A DNA stretch of 48,000 nucleotides from Channa argus (Eukaryota), in assembly GCF_033026475.1 (NCBI RefSeq), contig NC_090210.1, forward strand, positions 19,947,894 through 19,995,893, given 5' to 3'. The position numbers and the translations under genes were made by a program. Numbering within the stretch: the first letter of the stretch is position 1; each line of letters begins with the position of its first letter. A model generated the notes under the pieces. The model searched no databases. It was not told the DNA's origin and worked only from the letters and a program-made list of their open reading frames with translations. Positions 13,701-27,229 of this stretch are shown piece by piece.

Positions 13701-16029
13701 GACAATCTTCCAGTTTGTACAGTATTTAATTGCATATTTCTATGCATGGTTCCTTGCTTGTGTAGTACTTTTGGGCATTGCTTTTGATGCCACTAACAAA
13801 ATAAGATCACTGGCTTTATTATCATTTATTAAAATTCAAACCTGAAGCCGCAATCATGGCCGGACATAGCTTTTTCTGCATTTGAATTAAAACCATATGC
13901 AACCAAATGAGTTTAAGAAGACAAATCTGCGTGGAAGACTTTAAAACACAAGAGGACAGTTTTTGTATGTAGAAATACCAAGGTGTAGTATATTTTTGGT
14001 TAGAATTTTATGTTTGCAAAAGAAGTAAATCTCATAAATGAGCCTGGCTGCGCTTTAAACAAATGCGAATTATGTAACTAGTTTCATTACCGTCACTACA
14101 CAGGACATGAGAGGCCAGTATCCGGGTTGGCCAGAGACTGAGAGTTTACACTTCCCAAAATGATTTGTGTTTCAGGACCTCAGTTTTTAAAATGGGTAAT
14201 TCTGTGAAACCAATTTAGCAATTTAGTGGGATCGATCTTTGCTAATAAATCACAATTCACTCTACTTTTATTAGTTTATTTATCCAGAGGAAATTAAATG
14301 AGCACTTTTCTTGCCTACTGTAGACTACTACACCTTTTACACACATTTTGCACCTGGGAAATTTATTGCATGACTACATATTACTGGAAAACTCTGTGCA
14401 GTTGGTTGTTATTTAATCATTTCCCCCCAGCTATGATTCTAGCCTTGCAGATAAAACACATTGACTGTCCAGTATATAACATTAAACCTATCAAACATCA
14501 GGATGTACTGAAGACACTAATTTCCTAAAGAGGCCATATTATAGTTAATGTCAGCATTACAAATATGGCCAAAGGTTGAGGTGAACACATGTTTGCATGC
14601 TCACTAAGTGAAAAGTACAGGTTATAGTCTGCCCTATATAGGCTTGGGTCTGATCAGTCTTTCACCAAGTCCAAAAGGATGACATATGAACATCATAGAA
14701 GTCTATGCACAGACCTCTGTTTTGAGTTCTCACATCCGCTAAGTATACCAAGAGAACGGGTGGACAATAAAAGCCGAGTGGGCCTGGGGGAAGGGCTTTA
14801 AAGACACAGGAGCTAAAACAAACCATTTCAATCATTTGAACAGATGAGCTGTTTTTAAAATTGAAAATCACACAACTATTTCAATAATGCCACTCAATAA
14901 AATACGAGCACTAATTTATGCATATTATGGCCTCTTTGAGGAAACAGTTCTGCCAAGACTTGATTGGCCATCACAATGTTTTTTTTCATAAACTTGAAGT
15001 CTCTGCAGTTTATTCATTCATCTCATCATTTCAAGTTAAACAACTTCAAGTGAGAAGTCATGCAAGTTTTGTATTTTCAAAACTAATAAAATGCATTTAT
15101 GAAAACCATATGACATGGGATACTTGCATTTGTCTAAATGTAAGTGAACATGAAGAGCCTTTATAGACTACATATTTACCTGGTGTTCAAATGAATGAAT
15201 AGTGTGTAAGGTCATGTGAGCATCCAGGTGTATCAAGAATCTGGACAGATTCATGCCATTCCAGGCCTACATAGCTGGACGTTGCCACTTTGATGGTTCA
15301 AACTGATTCTTGTAGCCAGGTCTACTGACCGGGGGTTAAAAAGGTGATGATTTTTCCACACTAGTAGAAATCGGTGCACCGTCCGAATAAGTGGCCAGCC
15401 TAACGAAGAGGCACCAAAACCGTGATAAAATTCAGTGATGATACCAATGCCTTAAAGTATACTCAAAGACCTGTCCAGGGGACAAAACCACAGAGACAGA
15501 GGCACATCTTGAAACTGAAGTGAGGAATGCAAAGCTCCACCACAAGACCTCAACGGAGCAAAGCGTGTTGCTTTTTTGTGCCAAAGATAAAGATCCGGTG
15601 GATATTTACATGAAAAATAATCCGAGAGCCAAGGTTTACCGGGATAACTTGGTTCCTCCGTGAGTGGTCAATATTGGTGAAAGTCAAATTGTTATCCAAA
15701 TCAAACATAAGTGTGAGTCAAGCTTAAAAGGTCCATCACATCAGTCCTTTACAAATAACAATGATCAGATGGGAACAATAGTTATCCTGGATGGGTCTTC
15801 ACAAGTGGATAAATAATCCAGCCCCAACAAATGCCAAATTCCTTCTCTGTAAGCCATTGAGACTGATGTTTATTATATCATGTCAGGAAGGAAGAACCTC
15901 AAAATTTCATCCATCATCTTCCAGGATAACTGAAACAAGTGAATTTACTTATAATGGTTTTAATGTTGTGGCTAATTGGAATAAAAGTCCATAATTGTGT
16001 GACTGAAATAGAACCAGCCATTATTTGTA

Positions 16030-16380
16030 ATTGCTTATCCTCTTCAGGGTCATCGGGGGGCTGGAGCCTTCCCCAGCTGTCATTGGCCAGGTCTTCAGTC
16101 TATCTCATGGCCAACACAGACAGACACACACAGACAGACAACCTATCACACTCACATTCACACCTATAGGCAATTTAGAGTCACCAATTAGACCAACATG
16201 CATGTCTGTGGACTGTGGGTGGAAATAGGAGCACTTGGAGGAAACCCATGAAAGCATGAGAGAACATGCAAGTCCACACAGAAAGGCTGCAGCCAGCTGG
16301 TGGATTGGAAATGGGGACCACCACCGCGCTGCCCTGAACTTAACTATATAATGTGAAATTCGGTACCAGGGCTGGGTCAT
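16030..16380 (+). repeat. Copy of a high-copy teleost interspersed repeat (SINE/LINE-tail-like) with the motif '...cagggtcatcgggggg...ccccagctgtcattggc...'.
   Basis: Shares the core 'tcagggtca(c/t)cgggg-N-gga(g/a)cct(t/g)ccc-cagctgtcatt(g/a)g(c/a)c' with copies at 27885-27965 and 31040-31200, and continues into '...cacacctataggcaatttagagtcaccaattagacc...ggaggaaacccat...catgcaagtccacacagaaaggc', a widely dispersed fish repeat. Confidence 0.5.
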
Positions 16381-17529
16381 GACAGCCCTTTAGGTGTTTT
16401 GACCCTGTGCTGTGACCTGGTTTAATAGATGTGATTAATGCAGCTTCCCTGTGCCAAATGTGAAACTCACAGCCCTGCACTAATAAAATCTCTTTCTGTT
16501 ATTTTGATGAACTTGATATCACTTACTGCATGTGCAATTCCACAATACTGTAGGATATTGTGTTGTATGACTGCAGCCAGAAAAAGTTTTTTTGGCACTT
16601 TTCGGATTTTGAGGCTAAGTAAACTCAGTGAGAGCAGGTGAATAACACGGTGTCATGTTGCACAAAATGAGAATGTGTTTTGACAATTCAGTCATCTTTG
16701 TATGAGAATTAAATTACGGTTAACTTTAGAGACAGACATCCTCCCAGGACTCTCTCTCTACAGTGAGCCAGTTAATACGGCACACAGAGGTTTTAGAAAT
16801 GTGCAACCTACAGTGTCTGCAAGGCAAATGTTTATTTTCACTGGATGGAGCATTTTTATCTGCATTAAATTAAGCCATTTTCATTTACAATAAACAATTT
16901 TTTTCAGTTGACATCAGATAAGACACAGACGTCCATTTTGGAGGAGCTGAGCGTTTGATTTTTCACCGTACTGTTAAACTTTATTCTAGTGGAAAGTGTT
17001 TTGCTTTTCACTCCAAGAATGTACACATACAGAAGAAAAAGTAAAAGTATACTAAGAATTTATAATTAGCTCCACCACAACCACCTACAAAACTAATGTT
17101 GGAGCACTCTGGAGCTGAATGCTTATTGCAGAACCGCAGTCTCCTGGGTTCGAATCTAGCTGGGACCTCTTCTTCATGTTTCCTGGCTGCTCCTCACTTA
17201 CATTTATCTTATAAAGGCAAAAATTATCCCAAAATATTTTAAAGTACCATGTTGTATGCACATTTATGCATGTCTGATAGTAATAATATTTTGATATATC
17301 TATACTACATTTAATTTATTATGTTAATATGTCATTTTATATTTAATTAATAAATCAGAAACAGGGCCAATTTTACCTTTATATTTAAGTAAATTTTTCT
17401 GAATACTTTAAATGTTAAAGGTTTTTAAACGTTACTTGTCCTCCAAACAAAGCGTTAAGAAAATTTATTTAATCATTCGTTTATTCTCTTTTGACTTGTT
17501 CCTGTTATTACTACAGCAGATCTTGTGGT

Positions 17530-17740
17530 CAACACATTTATTTCACACTGGGCGCCCTTCCTTTGCACCTATCCCTTGTGACTGACAATAACAAAACCTT
17601 GACACCTGGGGTTGGGCTGTTTGGGAATTCGGTGTCTCGTCCAGACACTTCAACATATATCCAGGCCTCAGACCACAAGCCCTGTCGACGATGGGCGAGC
17701 ACTCAGTTACTGAGCCACTGCTGCACATTTAGAAAATAAC
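17530..17740 (-). mobile_element. tRNA-derived SINE copy, minus orientation.
   Basis: The reverse complement begins with a tRNA-like head 'gtgcagcagtggctcagtaactgagtgctcgcccatcgtcgacagggcttgtggtctgaggcc...' followed by the 'gaagtgtctggacgagacacc' core. A second SINE lies immediately downstream. Confidence 0.5.
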
Positions 17741-18059
17741 CCCCATAAAACCACAAAAAGCAATTTTCACTATTTGTCTTAAATGGAGACGCATAAACAA
17801 CGATTTGGTGGGCTAATTAGTTAGCTTTAGGTGGATTTTTATTACCGTTGTGGGAGAAAGGCTGTTTTTCCTCATTTCCAATTTTTATGCTAAGCTAAGC
17901 TAACTGACATACATATCAGCCTTACCTTAAAAATGAAAGTAAATAAGTGTGCGTCCTAAAAATACCAAATTTTCAAGTAAAAATTACTGTTGATACTTAT
18001 AGCTGTGTTTTTTTCATAGTTTTATTGCTAATTTGTTTTTACAACAGAGCTTCCAGCTT

Positions 18060-18290
18060 ATCCTGTGAGTTCAGGGTTGATTTGGCACAGTTTTTACTCT
18101 GGATGCCCCAATTTCTAGCGGGCTCGGGACCGGCACTGCAAAGCTAGGGATGTGGATGTGCCATATTGGGGTTCAGTGTCTTCCCCAGGGACACTTAGAC
18201 ATGTGGTCGCGATAAGCGGGTCACTAACCTCCGACCCTATGATTGGTAGGTGGCCACGCTACCAACTGAGCCACTGCCACCCCAAAAGAT
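18060..18290 (-). mobile_element. tRNA-derived SINE copy, same family as 28444-28723 and 43560-43850.
   Basis: The reverse complement reads 'ggggtggcagtggctcagttggtagcgtggccacctaccaatcatagggtcggaggttagtgacccgcttatcgcgaccacatgtctaagtgtccctggggaagacactgaacc...ttgccaaatcaaccctgaactcacaggataagctgg'. It has A and B box-like tRNA head motifs, a shared core and a LINE-like tail. Confidence 0.6.
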
Positions 18291-21200
18291 CGTAGCACAT
18301 TATTTATGATTATTAGGTATACGTGACGTTTGATTTTCTGTAACCTGTGTTAAAATATGCGATGTCATCTTTTTGTCTCAGTATCAGGGAAAATTCTCAA
18401 TACATTTAAGAACGTGTTAATGTTGTTTTCATTATATCTAAACTGCAAAAAGAAGCCTTATTTCCTCCTCCACCAGAGCTCACCTATCCCTCCACCTTCC
18501 CGTCCTGGCAGACCAAAACATTTACAAGCAGGTGTGGATCTGTGAGAAACTTTGACTGAGCACAGATGGCAGGAAATTCCAGTGAAATGACAGCGACTCG
18601 GTCCAAACCACAAGACAGTGTTAGCAGAGCCGATGAACGAGATAGATCAGGGCCAGGAGCAGCAGACTAGGGATTCGACTCGGACTTCCCCGTCCTGCCA
18701 GCGTCTTGAAATAGGAGCAGCTTCACAAGGCGTCTGTTTAAACTCTTCAACGATAGACTCTGGAGTCTGGTGTGGTGGGTACTGACTGACTCCAACATGT
18801 CTTTCCAAACTAATTTTGTGTGGTATTTGGTCTGAGAAACCTAGTGAAAATAAATTGTTTTACATGTACTGAATATATAGCCTATGTATGGTGAACCGTC
18901 AGCATTTTAGCCAATACATCGGTCAGGACTATATCAAGCATCACTTTCCAGCTGCATTCTTCCACATTATGTCATGGGAGAACTAGCAGACAGGAGAGTA
19001 TTAATATCCCTCATTAATAGTCAAAGAAGTACACTGGACCACAATATACAGTAGGCCCTCAAAAAGCCTGAAACCAAACGTTTGCTCAGAAATTCAGGAT
19101 TATAACAAAATGTTTACTGTTTGCTGGATTAACAGTTTGACAATTTCATCTAATTAAAACAAGTACCTTAATATTCACACCATCGAGGCACAAAAAACAA
19201 CTTCGGTTCGTCCGCTTTTGCAGATTGCGACAAAGTCTAACTGGAGGTGTGCAGAAAGTTTGCTTAAGACTCGATCGTTGAAGTAATGAATGTTGGATCC
19301 GACAGCCGACAGAACTCATGGACTTTATGCAATGTGGATGAAGTCCGGGAGATTCAGAGTCAATCTGCTTTAACTACCAGAAGAACTGACTCTTAATAGT
19401 TTAGGTTGTGCAGTAACATATTCATGCATTGGCTAAAACAACTCTCTGATCATACGTAGGAATCCTTTTGGGAGTTGTGCAAATTAAATTGGTACAAGCG
19501 ATTTACTTGAAACTACAATATGCAAATGCAGCTATCACTAGCACGAGACTCTAGCTGAAATCTATGATCAACTAATAAATTATGTTACCTTAATAACCAC
19601 TTAACAGCACAAAAAGAGAAGTACATATAAATCCACCTTAACCAGTTGGACAATTAGTTATGGTTATAAATGTATGCATCGATAATCAAAGTATATGGCA
19701 ATAAATATTCTTCTAAAATTAACCCTTGTCCATACCCATCCATGTCCCTTGTACTTACTGTGAGTATATTATTATTATTAAGAACTTTTTTTTTCAACTT
19801 CTTTTCACCATCTCTTCTTTATGTCCCTTTCACCCAAACAGATCATTTACTAGTTGAACTGATAAGACAAACATTACAGTGGCTCAGAGCTCCGTATGTT
19901 TGATCACATTTGTGCAGAAACAGGGGCTACTTTCAATTTATTTTAGTGTGAATACATCGGCAGTGCTCACAAGAACAGATACAGAGCATATGTGTGTTAA
20001 AAGTATCTGACAATGACTACCGATGCAGTTTCACTATTAAAGGAGTAAAGATGACAGTAGGTCTCTTAGGGAGATAGAATGCATTTTTTTTTTCAATCAT
20101 CTGTAAGGCATTATCTCAAATTGTATGAAGTAATGTATAGAAAAAGGTTTATCTCAAGTCCTGAAGCAGGACCACACCTCAAACACACTTCTTCCTGCCA
20201 TAGGGCTATAAAGGCCTTCTTGCCATACCCATTTCTCTCTTTGCTGTACCATCTTCCATGGTGAAACCTGGGGATCTGCTGAACACAGAAGCAACAGAAG
20301 ATTGAGACTGATGCCTTTCCCACACTTCACCCATCTTTCTGCTTCACCATAGCATTTGTCTTTTCGTGTGCCACCCATTGATTAAACTTTGTATCTTCAA
20401 AGAACAGTACTCAGATCTCATCGAATGGTCTGGTACTTGCTAGCAGAAGTCTAATGTAGACAGTAATGCGCCTTCATTGACAATGAAGGCGCATTACCAC
20501 CATTTAGTGAGGATGCCAGACAAGCTGAGCCCATGATGTGGCTGCTCAAATAATCTCAATCCACTATTTTCAGCAGTTTACAGTAAAAGGAATTTTTCCA
20601 CCGCAACTTCAAGTAGTCAGTTAAGCTGCTTCCTCTGCTGCCTGCAACAAACTGAGATGGCTCATTAACATCAAGCAAGTCGCTTAAAAAAAAAATGTTT
20701 GTTTTTAGGCAACGTAAGTGCAAAGATGATTATGTTTTGGGGGGAATGAAGTCACTGGATGATTATTTTCTGATGCAATGCATTTTTAAATAAATTGAGG
20801 ACAACATTTAGTAATGGAAAAAAAATGGACATATAGAATAAAAAAATTGCACAGTGTGATACTACAGACCCAAGTCTAAGTCCATACTCAATTTATCTGC
20901 TTATAATGCTTTAGTGAGACAAATTGGCTGTGGCACGATAAGAGTTGATATTTTGGAAGAAAAAATATGCTATGTGGGATTATGTTATTAAATGTTTTAT
21001 TATCAACATTTGTGAATAGCCACTTATGGTAAATGGTTAATGGTTAAGTTAAAAGAAAACATTTTTGGAATATTTTCAGTTTCTCCTCGTCAACCCTGTT
21101 GCGCATAAATATTCCACATGAAAAGTGATCGTAGAAAAATAATGGATAAAGTAACAAAACCTGGATTCTCTCTCCTCTCCGTCAATAGATGCTAAGGTCT

Positions 21201-24010
21201 TTTTGAAAGCTGCAACTCTCCATCTTTGTTTTACGTCACAATGAAGATCTAAAAACATGACAGAAATAATGTTCTAAAAGCTCACAGTGAGTGTAATTAC
21301 ACTATGTTCAGTAACATAAAAACATGCTTAATTGCTCTTAATTAAGGGCCTCATGAGGCTGCATTTTTGTGCCACACCACTGCTAAGAAATCAAAACAGC
21401 TTTATCCAAAGAGAAATTTTGGAGACAACTGCATATGTTTTTGAACAAATAAATTAAAAACTAAAAGTGTAATAGAGACAGAGCTAGAGCAAAGATAGAG
21501 TTTATAAAAAAAAAAACGATTAATACACATTTTCTAGCGTACAATTAGCCTATAACCTATAACTACAACAAGTATTTTGGCGAAAACAGCACTCTGACAA
21601 TTTTCTCTTTAAGCATGAAATCATGGAATCTCATATCATATCTAATTCGACATTTCTCTGTTTCTCACTGGACCTCTCAATGCTTTTTTATTTTTTCTGG
21701 TAATTAAACTAACTGTTTCCTCCGTGAGTGGATGAAATGGGGAACACTGTGTGTGCATCTGCTCTGCCGATTCTGCAAGGCGCTCATTAATCTTGACACC
21801 TAAATTTAACTGCTATATTTGTTATGCTTGTATGTTAGTCTTAGGTGGCTCCCAGTAATAATATTTAAACCTTACTGCAACAACTCCCTCCACACTGGGT
21901 CTGGTCCTCTCTTTAGTGTACACATCCCAACACTAACAGCATGATGCTACCGGCTGTGACCACATGCCCCATAAAATAAAGAATATGCTGTCGCTTTGAC
22001 ATGATAATATTCTAATTTTCCTTGGATTAGTCTTCTTTGTTGTTGAGTTTATTTGGCAATGTGTATGCTGTTATACTCTTTATTGCTTCTGTACTGTTTT
22101 AGTCAACCTCTGTGCTCTCTTGCTGCTGCAACTTCAACCTCCCACTGAGAACCACATGGGAAATAAACCCATTTGCCTTATTGCATTATCCTTCATAAAA
22201 CAACTTTATGTGCAAAAACTAATTTTTTTAGGAACACAGCTTTTATCGAGTTAGATTTACAGGTATCAAGAGGTTGGCAAACTGTCCTAACTTGTTTTCA
22301 CAACTGCACTGATCCTATTTCTTTAAATTTAAGCTACAGTATGTAATATTTTTAGTAGAACTTATGCTCTAAAGCTTACAGACGCAGAACAGCACTGGCA
22401 GCAGTGCAGAAATATTTTCCTCTAAACGTTTTTGAGCACGTCTCATCCTTCTAACTAATCAGAGAATTTAAGTTATTTTGGACTGATTATAAGGTTTTCT
22501 AGCAATTTTAAATTTGATAATTTTATGATAACTAATGGATGAGGGCCTGTGCTCAGTATGGCAGAAAGTAAGAGAGCAAAGAAATGGACAGCTTGGCTAA
22601 ATGGGATGAATTCATCCCAAGTCTTACTTTACTTTGGCTCAGTGGTTGGATCTTATGGACGGTTTTCATTAACCTTGTGTTGAGCATTAGCATGCAGCTG
22701 TTTTCAGTGAAAATGCTCAGATAAACCTACTGTAAACCATCTGCTCAGTACCAAACAGCAGATCTGTTCAACATTGTGAAGTAATTAATGGAATATCTGC
22801 CAAATACCTGTACAGTGTTTCCCCAGTAGTTGGTAGACACTAAATCAGGACTAAATGACTAGTACTTAAAGTAATTAAAGCCACAAGATGCAACCTAAGC
22901 TAGTGCAAGTATGACACAATCCACTCTGTTCTACCCAGTCCTCCCCCTCCCTGATTCTTTATGCTCTCTTACCTTTGCCCTGCTACACTCTGCCATACTC
23001 TGCACAGCACTTCAGGTATATCAAATTACAACCAATGAGAAGCTGCAAAACTTACAAATCAAGGTGAAAGAGTTGAAATTCTCTGATTGGTCAGAAGGGT
23101 GAGACTCTCGCAAGAACTTCTCAAAGTGAATATGTCAGCAACGGTGCTGCTCATTGAGTCTGAAATAAATATTTTAGCAAAAATATTGCATTGTGTCGCT
23201 TTAATAAAGCCCATCCAGCACATCTGAGAAATATTGCATCTGCAATCTGAAGACAAGTGTTCTGCTGGACTCATGGGGAATACACGTATATGGACAGTTG
23301 ATGTGTCTTTGTCGCTTAAAACACACTTTAAAACCAAGTGTTTACAGGGTCATAGTGGATGAAATGCAATACAGTACTTCACCTGGGGGACCTCACAATG
23401 TCCTTACACAAAGAAAAAAGGTGCCACACATTTTACAGCTTCCACAACACGCTGCGTGACGTTAATTACAAAGCACAGGCCGCTCATCTGCACACACCTG
23501 TAATCGAGTTAAAGTAGAGGAGGAGTGATGCGTGCGACAAGGTCAAAATGCAACAAGAAGAACATTTTGTGGAGCTATTGGAACAACACTCCTGATGAAA
23601 GCAGGAAGTGTATCTAGCTGGTCCTGCGCCTTCTTCCCATGGACATCACAAGTGAAGTGATTTTTAAGAAACAATGTGTACTCTGTTACATCTCATAAGC
23701 AGGTGACAGCATAAATTTATGTCTCTGTAATTGTCTGACAGTGAATATGTTATCAGACAAAATATTGTGTAATCTGGACCTGGCATTAGGCCACCTAGTT
23801 CATCTGCAGCATTAAACCAGTTTCAACAATCAAGTAAGAATCTCAAAGAGATCATTGTTCATAACGTCAACTTTTACTTTTCATTGAGATATTTGGCTGC
23901 TAACACTCTTCCCAACACTGAATCACTGAATTAGTGAATCTTTCAGCCAAGAAAAAGAACAGAAGTTTGCATGCAACTAAATATGGATTCAAATGTAAAC
24001 CAAATAGGCT

Positions 24011-24045
24011 ACACACACATAAATACACACACACACACACACACA
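24011..24045. repeat. (CA)n microsatellite.
   Basis: acacacacat aaatacacacacacacacacacacac is seen directly. Confidence 0.9.
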
Positions 24046-27000
24046 TTTCTCTAATACATTTGTTTTCTATTCGTGTATTGTGAGAATAACCCCAAGCAAG
24101 AATCTGGAGTTTATAATCATCGTGCAGAGATAAACTAACCTCCATGTTTTAACTGAAACTTATATTATCCCACTAATTCAATGAACTGCGCTCAGAAGAA
24201 AAGTCGTGGGAGTTGTAATAATTCCCCAAGTAAACACAATTTTAAAAGCCATTAGCCTGCAGTTAATAAACACCAGAAACAATGTCGAAACAGTTACCTC
24301 TGATACTCGCAGCGGGTTGTATTACCCCGCTGTGTCACTCTTGGGTGTTGCAAAAGAGCGAGCACCTCTGGCCAGGAATAACATTTCTGAACCAAACCAA
24401 AATGAGCTGTGCTTGTAGGGCAGTCACTGTTAATGTCCGTGAAAGGTATGGAAGGACCGAGCAGCTGAGAAAAACAAGTGACGAACCATTTCATCAGCAT
24501 GCTAAGAACACAGGCTCGGCTGTCATGAAACTGCAGTTCAAGCTTGCACGGGATCGGATGTGACAAATTCAGACTGTGGGCTGTTTTTTTAGAAGCATGG
24601 CAACAAATATTTTTGTAAGAGAAAGCTAATTTGTTTCTTGCCTAACACTAATAAGTCCCATATGATCAGAGTTTCTCGGGGACTTTGAACCCTTAATTAA
24701 ATGCATTAAGTCATCTTGCTCTACGTAATGTAAACAAAACCATGTAAAAAGCGATGACTTTAAATCACCCCTCTTGGCCACCGGAGGGAAATGCAGTAAG
24801 GGGTTTTCATTCAAACGATGCTCAAGATTTAATGAAACAAGTAAAAAAAAAAAAACAAAAAAAAAACCACAAACATTTGCATTAACAGGTGTTTCCATTA
24901 GCTGTTTCTTTATTCTGAGGTAAAAGAGCATCATTAGCTCATCTGTAACTTGGTATTCCATCATCGCTGCTTTCAAGATTTTACTGGGTTCTTCTACATG
25001 TGGTGTTTTTTATCTACTGCCATTTGTGGGTTTTTTTGTTGTTGTTGTTGTTTTGGGGGTTTTCTGGTAAAAGAAATGGTTTGACATATTGGGAAATACC
25101 CAAAGTTACACGAAAAGATCAGACCCACCCTCAAGTCTGTGCATAAGTCTGCTGTGAATCATTTTAAGCTGGTTCAACTTGAAAATACAATGTCCCCTTA
25201 TGCCTTGAAACATGAGTTAATTTAGGGTGAATAATTAGTAAAACCTAACAGTGCTGCTGATTTAACTGTTCATGAGAAAAACAAGTTCCATAAATTTTGC
25301 GTATTAAGTTACTGGCCACTGATGCTGAAATTGACTTTGTTTTCTCGTTTTCTCTCTTTGAACAGCCATTTATCCATTTAAGTCGAAGGACGTCAGCTGC
25401 ATATCTTCCTAGTGGAGCCACTCTGTGCCAGAATTGGTACCCAGATGAGGAGTGAGGCTCTACCCAATAACTCTGGTGAAGTCTAAGTGTACGGTGGTGC
25501 AGTAGGTATTGTGTTTCATGCTAACCACACAGCACACAAGCATTAAACTCTCAAACTGTGCAAGCTGCAAAAGTCTGTTAAAATGCTGCTTTTTTTAAAT
25601 AACTTTGACAGGTTGCGGGAGCAGCTGGTAAAGGTGCTGAGTCAAAAGTGAGAAAGTAAGATGAACTTGAATTAAATATTTGTGTATTTTTAGCCCTTTT
25701 TTTGGCCTCATTCAGATGGGGACAGAGAGAGTCACAGAACGTGCTCACTAATTGTCATATGCACGAGGTCCGACAGGACATTAAAGTGGTATATTTTTTT
25801 GTTTTGTGGGTTGAGCCTTTAAATAATGTCTGGTATTAATTATGAGAGCCCCAACCTGGGACAACAAGGCCAGTTAACAGCCAGCGTGCGTCATTGGCCA
25901 AAGTTTGCAAGAGCATCACTCTATACATTATGGAGGGAGATTAAAGAGACAAGTTCCTCGAGACACTGGAACCTAAACACTATAAATGCCATGGAAAAGT
26001 ACAGTATGTGCAGGTGAAATCTTTTGCACTTTGTATGAATTGAAATAACAAATAAAAATCATTAATGTCATTGTTTTGAAAGCAGTCGTTCTGTCCTTTT
26101 AGTGCCCGGAGCCTGTGCATAGTACTGTACAAAGGGTAGCAAAAGGACTAAATAAGTAACAAGTAATGTTAAGCCTCACAGCTTTGGCATTCACATTTTC
26201 ACTTCTAAACCAATGACATATTTTGACACGTTTTTGCAAAGTCAGCAACTGGAAGACAACCCACTAAAACTGAAATGCTTTTGTTATTTTATACCCACGG
26301 TGTGATATTAAGACGAGCGTTTGCTGCCAGGGCAAACAAATATTATAGGGTGAAACAAATCTTGGCTCGCTGCTGTCTCTTGCTCGCATCGCCATGCTCC
26401 ATCTGAGCACTTGCACAAACAATCTCGAGCATCTGGTGAAATAATCGGTGAGTCATTAGTATTGATCAACAACCCGATCAGCCTCCCGAAGGCATATTAT
26501 TGCAGTGAAATGTTTTGTTCGTGTTTATCACCCCTTTAATGGCCACATATATGGGATTAAACGGGGAAAATAATAACGTTAACTGTGATTTCATCCTCAT
26601 TGCACACACCTCTGTGCAATGGGAACTGTGGCCGAGGCCTGCGAGTATAAACCCTGATTCCCCAGCACAAGCTTCATGTCAGTGATACCATGAGACTAAT
26701 GATTAAAACAAGCCTCCTCATCTGTTTGACTTTCAGTAAGCCAGATTTCCACCCCCTGCGCAGCACTTTTCATTCCAGCTACATTACATAAATCAGTGGA
26801 CTGCAGAGGAGTGGAAAGGAAGAGTCCCATAAGTAATAAGGGTGGAAAAATATCACAGTGAACCATTTGGGTAAGAGTTCACTTCGCTATATGGTTGAAT
26901 ATCTATTAATTAGCTTCTTCAATTCCTTGTTGCGCAATAAGAACAAGTTCTTGTGTAATCCAAGATGCTGAGGTCCAATTAGAGATGAGAAGAGCAGTTC

Positions 27001-27229
27001 TTGACTTAAAGGTTTCCTCTATCTAGGGAGGTTTTTCCTCATCTATCATAAACTTCTGACAGCGGCTGCACATCTTCCCTCCACCAAACAATGGCTCATG
27101 TGTCAGCTGGAGTCTCTCTGACTGCTAACAGACAGCGTTAGAGTGATGCCTCATATCACTGGGTTAAGAACGAGCGTCGATCTCATTAATAAAAGAACGC
27201 TAAGTCCTGCAAACGCTTTTGGTTTCTTT

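Noticed and set aside
18480-18700. Repeated 'ccgtcctg(g/c)cag' motif (18497 and 18692) near two SINE copies.
   Set aside because: It is short and imperfect and lies next to SINE tails. It is probably part of the repeat flanks rather than a functional site.
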